Positions 1 through 8,032 of a stretch of 64,000 nt of DNA are shown one piece after another. The position numbers and the translations under genes were made by a program. This stretch comes from an uncultured delta proteobacterium (GTDB lineage Bacteria > Desulfobacterota > Binatia > DP-6), in contig CAWFFN010000005.1 of the NCBI GenBank assembly GCA_963815115.1, forward strand, positions 608,001-672,000. The letters are read 5' to 3'. The notes under the pieces were generated by a model. It was not told the DNA's origin. It ran no database searches and saw nothing but the letters and a program-made list of their open reading frames with translations. Numbering within the stretch: position 1 is the stretch's first letter; each line of letters begins with the position of its first letter.

Positions 1-1
1 G

Positions 2-790
2 CAGGTCTTCGGTGGTGCGATGGAGGGAACGGGCCGCGTCGATCTTCGGGATCGCCATCGACCGCGCTTCGCGATCGAGGGCACGGCTCACGACGTTGCG
101 CTCGGAACGCTGCTCGCCGCCCGCGGGAGCGAGCTCGCCGGCCACGTCGACGGACGTCTCGACGCCGCGGCCGCGCTCACGGCCACGGGGAAGGGTGCCG
201 TCGCCGTGCGCCGATCGCTCGACGGCACCATCCGCCTGGAGGTGCGCGACGGGGCGCTGCGCGGCGTCGACCTGGTCGACGAGATCCTGCGCGGCGCGAC
301 CGGCGTGGAGCGGATCGCGAATCTGGTGCCGCCCGCCCTGCGGCAGAAGCGTCCGGACCTCTTCGGGACCGCGGACACGCGGTTCGAGGAGCTGCGCGCG
401 AGCGCTCACATCGCCAACGGGCGAGCGCGGACCGATGATCTGGTGCTGCGGACGTCGTCATACCGCGTCACCGGACGGGGCTCGGTCGGCCTCGACGGCG
501 CGCTCGACATGACCGCCGTTCTGCTCGCGGGACCGGCGCTCACGGCCGACGTGCTGGCGACCGCGAAGGATGCCCGCTGGGTGCAGAACGATCAGGGGCT
601 CCTCGAGGTCCCCATCCACCTCGGAGGGCGGCTGCCGCGCATCCGCCCGCAACCCGACCCGGACTTCGTCGCCGGCCTGGTCGCTCGCGTCCTCATGGGC
701 GGCGGGAAGCACGACGGGAAGAACGCGAAGGGCGGCGGTGGCTCGGTCGAGGATACGCTCCGCGGTCTCGAGCGCCTGTTCCACCGCTGA
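2..790 (+). CDS. AsmA family protein, C-terminal part (5' end outside the window)
   Basis: Frame is open from the window edge. Glycine-rich beta-taco-like sequence (LDGTIRLEVRDGALRGVDL...GRGSVGLDGALD...VPIHLGG) and a 'LRGLERLF' terminus typical of the AsmA C-terminus. Confidence 0.75.
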   Translation, partial: QVFGGAMEGTGRVDLRDRHRPRFAIEGTAHDVALGTLLAARGSELAGHVDGRLDAAAALTATGKGAVAVRRSLDGTIRLEVRDGALRGVDLVDEILRGATGVERIANLVPPALRQKRPDLFGTADTRFEELRASAHIANGRARTDDLVLRTSSYRVTGRGSVGLDGALDMTAVLLAGPALTADVLATAKDARWVQNDQGLLEVPIHLGGRLPRIRPQPDPDFVAGLVARVLMGGGKHDGKNAKGGGGSVEDTLRGLERLFHR

Positions 791-922
791 GCCCGGCGGC
801 CATCCGTATCGAGGCGCCAGCGGATGGCGGCGGCCACGGTCCCAAGCATCCTCGCTCTCCCGCCTGAGTGCCCGCGAGCCGGCCAACTTGGGCTCTAGAG
901 CGAAAAAGAGCTGACATTTCTA

Positions 923-952
923 TTGACACCGTCGTCATCCGGTCGGTAGACC
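923..952 (+). promoter_or_regulatory. sigma-70-like promoter (TTGACA-N18-TAGACC) for the 1043 gene
   Basis: Perfect -35 hexamer in an AT-richer intergenic patch about 90 nt before an RBS (AGAAGGAG) and ATG. Confidence 0.55.
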
Positions 953-1042
953 CCCCATCCGTCGACGGTTCCGGTCCGCGGCCGTGTGGGTCGTGGTCCG
1001 ACCGTCATCGCTGATTTCGGCAACAGAAGGAGAGCGGACGAC

Positions 1043-3745
1043 ATGGCAAACGGACGAAGGGGAACCCGGCTGGCGATGCTCGCGGCGGCCGGCGCGCTGA
1101 TCGCGACGACGGCGGGCCCGGCGCGGGCGGCCATCACGACCGTGCACCTGGGCGATGCCAACGGCGTGGTCGGCATCTACTACAACAGCACCGGCGGAGA
1201 GGTCCCGACCAACCAGGCCTACCTCCGCGCCCAGTTCAGCCCGACCAACACCAACGGCTCGCTGTTCAACTTCGACTCCACACCGCTTCCCGGCACGGGC
1301 GGCGCGCTCAGCTGGTTCGGCCTGTTCCAGTCCGTGCCCAACCAGTTCGGGCTCGACCTCATCGTGAAGGCGCCCACGGCCAATGGCAGCGTCGTGCCGC
1401 CCAGCCTGGTCGCCTACGAGAACACCAACGGAACCATCGCGGGACGTGTCGCCGCCCCCGGCAACGTCACCTGGGCCATCAACGGCTACATCAACGGGCC
1501 GGTCGCCGGACCGGCCGATCCCGCCAACCAGATCGTCAACAGCCTCTTCCGGGGCGGCACGGGCGCCAACTTCGGCAACGACGGCGTGACCCTGAACGTG
1601 AGCAACGTCACGCAGATGGGCACCGTCTTCACGGCCGACATCCAGGGCGAGCTCGAGTCGGACGATATCGTCCACTGGTACAACCCCATGACGGCGAACA
1701 GCCCGGTACAGAACTTCGAGCTGACGGGCCGCTTCCTCTTCTCCGGAAGCCTGATGTACGACAGCGCCGCCGACCCGTATCCGACCGCCGACTACTACGC
1801 CGGTCCGGTCTCGTTGGAGGCCGAGGTCCTGTGCGCCACACGCTACGTCAACGTCAACTCCCCGGGCTCCGACGTGATCGGCTCGGCGCCGAACTTCTGC
1901 CGCTTCTCGGCCTTCCCCTGCAAGACGCTGCAGCGCGCCATCGACCTCGCCTGCCCCGGCGACACGATCGAGGTGGCGGCGGGCACCTATCCCGAGCAGC
2001 TGAAGATCACCAAGAGCCTCACGGTGAACGGCGCGGCCTCGGGTACCATCGTGAAGCCGACGAGCGTCGTCTCGGGGACCGATCAGGGCAGCCCGTGCAG
2101 CGGCAGCCAGGGAACGGCGATCGTGCTCGTCTCCGAGACCTCCGGCGTGACGCTGAACAACCTGAACGTCGACGGCTCGGCGGTGGCCGCGAACCTGCCG
2201 CGCTTCATCGGCATCTACTACCGCAACGCGTCCGGCGCCATCAACGGTGGCTCGGTGAAGGACATCCGGAACCAGCCGCTGGACGGCGTCCAGAACGGCC
2301 TCGGCATCGAGGTCCAGGCCGATGGAGCGCACCCTGCCGCCGTGGTGAACACCAGCAACGTGACGGTGACCGGCTACCAGAAGAACGGCATCACCTACAA
2401 CGGCTGCGGCTGCGCCAATGCGGTGGACGGCACGGCCCAGGGAACGATCACCGGCTGCACCATCACCGGAGCCGGCCAGACGCCCCTGATCGCCCAGAAC
2501 GGCATCCAGGTGGGCTTCGGTGCGGGTCCGGTATCGATCAGCGGCAACAACGTCAGCGGCAACTTCTACACCGGCAACCCGGCCAACGGCACGGGAGCCG
2601 GCGTGCTCGTCTTCTCGAGCAAGAGCAACACGGTGCAGGGGAATACCATCGAGTCGAGCAACACCGGCGTCGACATCGAGGGCGGTGACGGCGTCACCTG
2701 CGATCCGGAGGACAGCACCGGCAACACGGTGACCTGCAACCGCATCGCCGACAACGGCACCGGCGTCCTGACCGACGAGCAGTCCAACTCGTTCTCGAGC
2801 AACGCGATCGTCGGCAACGACACGGGCGCCGACGGCAGCCTGCTCACGTCGGGTTCCCTCGACGCCAAGAACAACTGGTGGGGCTGCGCCACCGGACCGA
2901 ACACCGGGAGCTGCGACACCACCGTGCCTCCGGTCGACTTCTCTTCCTTCGAGACCGGCCCGCCGCTCTGCGTGAGCTGCACGCAGAACTCGGACTGCAA
3001 CAACGGCGACAGCTGCTCCGTCACCGACACCTGCGTGATGGGCGTCTGCACGCTGGGCGGCGGCGGGGACACCGACCTCGACGGTACCTGCAACGCCGAT
3101 GACAACTGCCCCTCCATCGCGAACCCGACCCAGACCGACACGGACATGGACGGCTTCGGCGACGTCTGCGACGCCTGCGTGCTCGATCCGTTGAACGACG
3201 CCGACAACGACGGAGTGTGCGCCAACGTCGACAACTGCCCGACGGTCGCGAACCCGGGCCAGGAGAACCTGGACGGAGACTCCCAGGGCAACGTCTGCGA
3301 TCCGCAGGAAAGCACCATCAACGGCACCCGGCTGCGCTTCAAGAAGAGCACGAAGACGCCGCCGAACGGCAGCGCCAAGGTGAAGGGCGATTTCCTCGTC
3401 CTGCTGCCCGGTGACGTGTTCTCGGCCGCGCAGGGGATCAGGCTCACCCTGTCCGACAGCCTGACGACCTCGGTGAGCCACACCTGGGCGCTCGCCGAGT
3501 GCAAGGTCTCGACCACGAAGATCACGTGCACGTCGCCGGACAAGACCGCGAAGGCGAAGTTCCGCACCTCGTCGAGCGCGAACGGTCTGTGGCGGTTCAG
3601 CGCCACCTACAAGAAGCAGGCGATCACGGGACCGTTCCTCCTCCCGACCCACCTCACGCTCACCTACGGCCTGGCGATCGATCGCCTCGGGACGCTCACC
3701 GATTGCGTCTCGACCTTCTCGGCGATCACCTGCCGGGAGTTCTGA
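1043..3745 (+). CDS. Secreted protein: right-handed beta-helix (pectin-lyase-like) plus thrombospondin type-3 Ca-binding repeats and a basic C-terminal domain
   Basis: ATG 1043 follows AGAAGGAG. Signal peptide ends ARA-A. Motifs: CKTLQRAIDLACPGDTIEVAAGTYPE, YQKNGI, and repeated DTDLDG..NADDNCP..ANP.Q.D.D.DG.GDVCD. Confidence 0.8.
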   Translation: MANGRRGTRLAMLAAAGALIATTAGPARAAITTVHLGDANGVVGIYYNSTGGEVPTNQAYLRAQFSPTNTNGSLFNFDSTPLPGTGGALSWFGLFQSVPNQFGLDLIVKAPTANGSVVPPSLVAYENTNGTIAGRVAAPGNVTWAINGYINGPVAGPADPANQIVNSLFRGGTGANFGNDGVTLNVSNVTQMGTVFTADIQGELESDDIVHWYNPMTANSPVQNFELTGRFLFSGSLMYDSAADPYPTADYYAGPVSLEAEVLCATRYVNVNSPGSDVIGSAPNFCRFSAFPCKTLQRAIDLACPGDTIEVAAGTYPEQLKITKSLTVNGAASGTIVKPTSVVSGTDQGSPCSGSQGTAIVLVSETSGVTLNNLNVDGSAVAANLPRFIGIYYRNASGAINGGSVKDIRNQPLDGVQNGLGIEVQADGAHPAAVVNTSNVTVTGYQKNGITYNGCGCANAVDGTAQGTITGCTITGAGQTPLIAQNGIQVGFGAGPVSISGNNVSGNFYTGNPANGTGAGVLVFSSKSNTVQGNTIESSNTGVDIEGGDGVTCDPEDSTGNTVTCNRIADNGTGVLTDEQSNSFSSNAIVGNDTGADGSLLTSGSLDAKNNWWGCATGPNTGSCDTTVPPVDFSSFETGPPLCVSCTQNSDCNNGDSCSVTDTCVMGVCTLGGGGDTDLDGTCNADDNCPSIANPTQTDTDMDGFGDVCDACVLDPLNDADNDGVCANVDNCPTVANPGQENLDGDSQGNVCDPQESTINGTRLRFKKSTKTPPNGSAKVKGDFLVLLPGDVFSAAQGIRLTLSDSLTTSVSHTWALAECKVSTTKITCTSPDKTAKAKFRTSSSANGLWRFSATYKKQAITGPFLLPTHLTLTYGLAIDRLGTLTDCVSTFSAITCREF

Positions 3746-3755
3746 TCCATGCCGC

Positions 3756-3790
3756 GGCGGTCCGACCCGGGCTCTCCGGGTCGGGCCGCC
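3756..3790. terminator. GC-rich hairpin between convergent genes (probable bidirectional terminator)
   Basis: GGCGGTCCGACCCGG-gctct-CCGGGTCGGGCCGCC; no U-tract. Confidence 0.55.
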
Positions 3791-3803
3791 GGCGCGCTCG
3801 CGG

Positions 3804-4838
3804 TCAGCTCGTGCCTGACGGCCGGCCGTTGGGCACGCGCTGCAGCGCCAGGTTCACGATGCGCTGCAGGAGCCCGTCGTACTTGACGCCCGCCTGCTCC
3901 GCCGATTCGGCGAAGTCCTCGCCGTAGGCGAGCTGCGGGTTCGGGTTCGCTTCCAGCACGTAGACGCGTCCCTCGGAATCGAGGCGCAGGTCGATGCGGG
4001 CGTAGCCCGAGAGCTCGAGCACGCGGTAGATGCGCTTGCACAGCGTGCCGATGCGGGCCACCAGCGCGTCGGGCAGGCTCTTGGCGAGGCTGCTCTTGAT
4101 GCCGTGCCGCGTGCGGTAGGCCGCGTCCCACTTGACGCGCTCGGTGGCGATGCGCGGCGCCTCCTCGGGTACCTTGGTGAACAGCAGCTCCCAGATGGGG
4201 AGCACCATGAGCCGCTGGTTGCCGAGGAGCCCGACGTAGAGCTCGCGGCCGTCGATGTAGCGCTCGGCGATGGCGTCGGTGCGCTGGCGCTTGTGGATGA
4301 GGGCGACGCGCTCGGCGAGCTTCTCGTCGTCGTGCACGAGGGAGGTCTGGGCGATGCCGGCCGAGCCCTCCTTGGTGAGCGACTTCACGATCAGCGGGAA
4401 GGCGAGGCGGGTGGGCCGCCGGACCGCGCTGCCCATGCGGAAGACCGCGAACTCGGGGACCGGGATGCGATGATAGGAGAGGAGCTTCTTCGAGATGCCC
4501 TTGTCGCGCGCCAGCATGAGCCCGCGCGAGTTGCAGCCGGTGTAGGGAACGCCGAGCAGCTCGAGGTAGCTCACCACGTTCTGGTCGTAGATCGGGACGT
4601 CGTGGAAGTCCTCGAGCAGGTTGAAGACCGCATGAGGCTGACCCTCGGCGATGGCATTGCGGACGACGCCGAGGTCGCTCCCCACGCCGAGGCACTGCAC
4701 CTCGTGCCCCAGGTTGCGGAGCGTGGTGACGACGTCGAACTCCGTCTTCCACTCGGCTTCGGTCACGTCGACGTCCTTCGGATCGTCGGGCGGGACGAGC
4801 ACCTCGTCCATGAGCGCGAGCAGCCGGAGCTTCTTCAT
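3804..4838 (-). CDS. D-alanine--D-alanine ligase-like ATP-grasp enzyme
   Basis: VPYTG, ARDKGISK, FPLIVKS, ERYIDGRE, YARIDLR, VLEANPNP motifs. ATG at 4838 overlaps the upstream stop. Confidence 0.85.
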   Translation of the reverse strand: MKKLRLLALMDEVLVPPDDPKDVDVTEAEWKTEFDVVTTLRNLGHEVQCLGVGSDLGVVRNAIAEGQPHAVFNLLEDFHDVPIYDQNVVSYLELLGVPYTGCNSRGLMLARDKGISKKLLSYHRIPVPEFAVFRMGSAVRRPTRLAFPLIVKSLTKEGSAGIAQTSLVHDDEKLAERVALIHKRQRTDAIAERYIDGRELYVGLLGNQRLMVLPIWELLFTKVPEEAPRIATERVKWDAAYRTRHGIKSSLAKSLPDALVARIGTLCKRIYRVLELSGYARIDLRLDSEGRVYVLEANPNPQLAYGEDFAESAEQAGVKYDGLLQRIVNLALQRVPNGRPSGTS

Positions 4839-5866
4839 AGCGCCAGCCGGTGGCGGCCGCTGCGCACGAAGCGCATCAGCTGCGTCGTGAGCACGATGCC
4901 GAAGTCGAGCATGGTCTGCGCCGCCGAGCGGGTCAGCCGGAGCTTCAGATCCACGGCGCGCTCGATCATGTCGTCGAGCACGAGATCGACGGTGTACTGG
5001 TGCTCGCCGGTGAGATCGGCGACCTTGCGGCGGAGCAGCGGACGCGCGCTGCGCAGGAAGCTGGCGGCGGTCGGATAGCGCGCGTACGCCTTCTGGGTCG
5101 AGAAGACGAGCCGGAGTGCGGCGTCGTACTCGCGCAGGCTGTCGAGCCCGTAGCGCGAGCGTTTCTCGCGGTAGTAGTCTCGCAGCGTGATGCGCAGGCT
5201 GTGCAACGGGTCCACCACCCGGCGTTTGGGGACGAACGGGCGCTTGCCGGCGAGCTCGTGCATCAGGTCGTCGACGTACTCGAGCTTGCGCAGCGCAGGC
5301 CAGCCGGCATAGCGCCGCCGCCAGCTCGAGTTCGGGGTCAGCCACACGGCGAAGGTCTCGGCGAAGTCCTCGTCGGGATGGCTCTGGGCATAGTACGCCT
5401 CCAGATGCAGGACGTAGCGCTTGCTGTAGGGCTTCGGCGCGTAGTGCTGCGGATAGGGCTTGGAGGTCTTGCCGAAGAGCTCCTGGCGCCGGTGGCGGCG
5501 GCGCAGGCGGTAGGCGTTCTCGATGGCGTGCCCGGTCTCGTGGCGCAGGATGCGCATGCACCACTCCACGGTGCCTCCCTCCACCTCGCGCATCTGGCTG
5601 CGCTCGAGCTCGGCGAGGCGCGGGTGGGCGAGATAGAACGGGACGGCGATGCCCGGCACGCCGTCCGGCGTGTACCACTCGTCGGAGATCCAGCAGTGCG
5701 GCCGGAAGCGGAGGTGCTTGCGCTCGAGCTCGCGATAGAGCCGTTCGATGCGCGGCATGATGGGCGAGCGTGCGAGATCGAGGTCGAGGTCGCAGAGGCG
5801 CAGCGCCAGCAGCTTGTGATCCGGCAGCCGGCTCCATGAACGGGGCGGATGAGGGCGTGCGGGCAT
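4835..5866 (-). CDS. Putative zinc-binding metallopeptidase (zincin)
   Basis: HETGH (HExxH) and [15 protein letters not shown] motifs. CATAAT-like -10 upstream at about 5890. Confidence 0.8.
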   Translation of the reverse strand: MPARPHPPRSWSRLPDHKLLALRLCDLDLDLARSPIMPRIERLYRELERKHLRFRPHCWISDEWYTPDGVPGIAVPFYLAHPRLAELERSQMREVEGGTVEWCMRILRHETGHAIENAYRLRRRHRRQELFGKTSKPYPQHYAPKPYSKRYVLHLEAYYAQSHPDEDFAETFAVWLTPNSSWRRRYAGWPALRKLEYVDDLMHELAGKRPFVPKRRVVDPLHSLRITLRDYYREKRSRYGLDSLREYDAALRLVFSTQKAYARYPTAASFLRSARPLLRRKVADLTGEHQYTVDLVLDDMIERAVDLKLRLTRSAAQTMLDFGIVLTTQLMRFVRSGRHRLAL

Positions 5867-5938
5867 CGATTTGCCGGACGGGTCGCCCTATTATGCCGTT
5901 TGCCTACCCGGGCGCTCAAACAACTCGAGGAGGTGTGC

Positions 5939-7057
5939 ATGAAGGTGCAGGCCGCGATCTGCTGGGAGCCCCGCCGACCGCTCGAGATCGACGACGTCGA
6001 GCTCGCCCGCCCGCGGTCGGGCGAGTGCCTGGTGCGGCTGGCGGCGAGCGGTGTCTGCCACACGGACGCCTATACCATGAGCGGCCGTGATCCTTCGGGA
6101 CTCTTCCCCGCGGTGCTGGGACACGAGGGTGCGGGCGTGGTCGAGGAGCTCGGGCCGGGCGTCACCTCGCTCGCCGTCGGCGATCACGTGATCCCGCTCT
6201 ACATCCCGGAGTGCAGGCAGTGCCGGTTCTGCCTCTCGCACCGGACCAACCTGTGCGGGGCGCTCCTGGAGACGCAGGGCAAGGGGCTCATGCCCGACGG
6301 CACGAGCCGGCTGTCGCACCACGGGCGGATGCTCCACCACTACATGGGAACCTCGACCTTCGCCGAGTACACGGTCGTTCCGGAGATCGCGCTGGCGAAG
6401 ATCCGCAAGAGCGCGCCGCTCGAGACGGTGTGCCTTCTCGGCTGCGGCGTCACCACCGGGATCGGTGCCGTCCTGAACACGGCCAGGGTCGAGCCGGGAT
6501 CGAGCGTCGCCGTCTTCGGCCTGGGAGGGATCGGCCTGTCGGTGATCCAGGGTGCCGTCATGGCCGGCGCCGATCGCATCATCGCCGTCGACACGAACCC
6601 GCGGAAATTCACGCTCGCGCGCCAGCTCGGTGCGACGGACACCGTCGACCCGGGCCAGGTCAGCGACGTGGTGGCGGCGATCATCGAGCTCACCGGCGGC
6701 GGCGCCGACTACACCTTCGAGTGCATCGGCAACGTCGAGGTGATGGGCCAGGCGCTGCAGTGCGCGCACAAGGGATGGGGTCAGGCGATCATCATCGGCG
6801 TCGCGGGCGCGGGCGAGGAGATCCACGCCCGGCCCTTCCTGCTCGTCACCGGGCGCGCCTGGCGCGGGACGGCCTTCGGCGGCACGCGCGGCCGCACCCA
6901 GCTCCCTGGCATGGTCGACCAGTACATGAAGGGCCGCATCAAGCTCGACGAGATGGTGACGGCGACGATGCCGCTCGCCGACATCAACCGGGCGTTCGAT
7001 CTCATGCACGCGGGCGAGACGATCCGGAGCGTCGTGCGCTACGGCGATCGTCATTGA
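5939..7057 (+). CDS. frmA: S-(hydroxymethyl)glutathione dehydrogenase / class III alcohol dehydrogenase
   Basis: GVCHTD, GHEGAG, structural Zn C-x2-C-x2-C-x7-C, YMGTSTF, GLGGIG, AHKGWG. RBS GAGGAGG. Confidence 0.9.
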   Translation: MKVQAAICWEPRRPLEIDDVELARPRSGECLVRLAASGVCHTDAYTMSGRDPSGLFPAVLGHEGAGVVEELGPGVTSLAVGDHVIPLYIPECRQCRFCLSHRTNLCGALLETQGKGLMPDGTSRLSHHGRMLHHYMGTSTFAEYTVVPEIALAKIRKSAPLETVCLLGCGVTTGIGAVLNTARVEPGSSVAVFGLGGIGLSVIQGAVMAGADRIIAVDTNPRKFTLARQLGATDTVDPGQVSDVVAAIIELTGGGADYTFECIGNVEVMGQALQCAHKGWGQAIIIGVAGAGEEIHARPFLLVTGRAWRGTAFGGTRGRTQLPGMVDQYMKGRIKLDEMVTATMPLADINRAFDLMHAGETIRSVVRYGDRH

Positions 7058-7067
7058 GGGGTCGGAG

Positions 7068-7424
7068 GTGACGCCCGGCTTCCCGCCGGCCTTCCGCGAC
7101 GGCGTGCGCCTGTTCAATTCGGGGCAGTTCTTCGAGGCGCACGAGGCGTTCGAGGAGCTGCTCGACGACGTGGAGGCCGACGGACGCTGGGACCTGCTGG
7201 TCGCGTTGATCCAGGTGGCCGTCGGCTACCACAAGCTGTCGTCGGGCCACGACGGCGCGGCTCGCATGCTGGGCCTCGGCCACGAGAAGCTGGCGGCGTT
7301 CCCCGACGTGGCCTGGGGCGTCGACGTCGCGGCGCTGCGGGCGCGGGCGGGGGAAGACGTCGGCGCCGCGGCCCCGGCGACGCGTCTCGCGAGCGACCCG
7401 CCACGCATCACCATGCGGCGGTGA
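7068..7424 (+). CDS. DUF309 domain protein
   Basis: GVRLFNSGQFFEAHEAFEE...LIQVAVG signature. GGAGG immediately upstream of GTG. Confidence 0.8.
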   Translation: MTPGFPPAFRDGVRLFNSGQFFEAHEAFEELLDDVEADGRWDLLVALIQVAVGYHKLSSGHDGAARMLGLGHEKLAAFPDVAWGVDVAALRARAGEDVGAAAPATRLASDPPRITMRR

Positions 7425-7439
7425 CGAGTCGCCGCGGGC

Positions 7440-7964
7440 TCAGCGCCTGGGGCGCTCGGCGAACGTCCGGCCGCCGCGAGCCCAGTCCGGCCCCGCCGGC
7501 CAGTGCCATCGGGTCTTCTTCTTCGCGTGCTCGGGGTCGACCCGCCGACAGGCATCCTCGTAGGACTTCATCGCCACCTCGCGCTGCTTCCAGGCCCAGA
7601 AGTCCTCTTCGCGCTTCCACTTCCCGTTGCTCGCGTACTCGAGCAGCGAGACGCCGGGGAAATCGTGCGTGCCCTGTCCGCTCGGGTCGTCGCGGCGGTT
7701 CTGCATGTAGAAGATCACGCGCCCGCGCTCGACGTCGATCGTGTGCCACTCGTAGGCGGTGTAGATCTCGCCGTAGCGCTCCATCACCGGCTTGATCCAG
7801 GCGCGGACCGTCTCCCGGCCGTTCATCGAGCCGTAGTAGTGCTCGAAGTAGGTGCAGTCCTCGGTGAAGAGATCGGCCCACGCGTCCCAGTCCTCCCCCA
7901 CGGCACCGGTGCGCCAGTAGGTCCGGAACGCCGACTCGAGCTCGTCGCGATCGAACGCCGCCAT
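7440..7964 (-). CDS. NTF2-like / SnoaL-like domain protein
   Basis: WADLFTEDCTY...GRETVRAW...GKWKREEDFW pattern. Confidence 0.75.
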   Translation of the reverse strand: MAAFDRDELESAFRTYWRTGAVGEDWDAWADLFTEDCTYFEHYYGSMNGRETVRAWIKPVMERYGEIYTAYEWHTIDVERGRVIFYMQNRRDDPSGQGTHDFPGVSLLEYASNGKWKREEDFWAWKQREVAMKSYEDACRRVDPEHAKKKTRWHWPAGPDWARGGRTFAERPRR

Positions 7965-8032
7965 CACGTGTCCCTCCGCTCGTCGAAGGGTACGAGGGCT
8001 AGCACGAGGGCGCGCCGCGCCGCCAGCGCGAG

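Noticed and set aside
4839-5837. 677-aa ORF implying a long N-terminal domain on the ATP-grasp ligase
   Set aside because: The upstream part is an off-frame reading of the peptidase gene. The ligase starts at MKKLRLL (4838).
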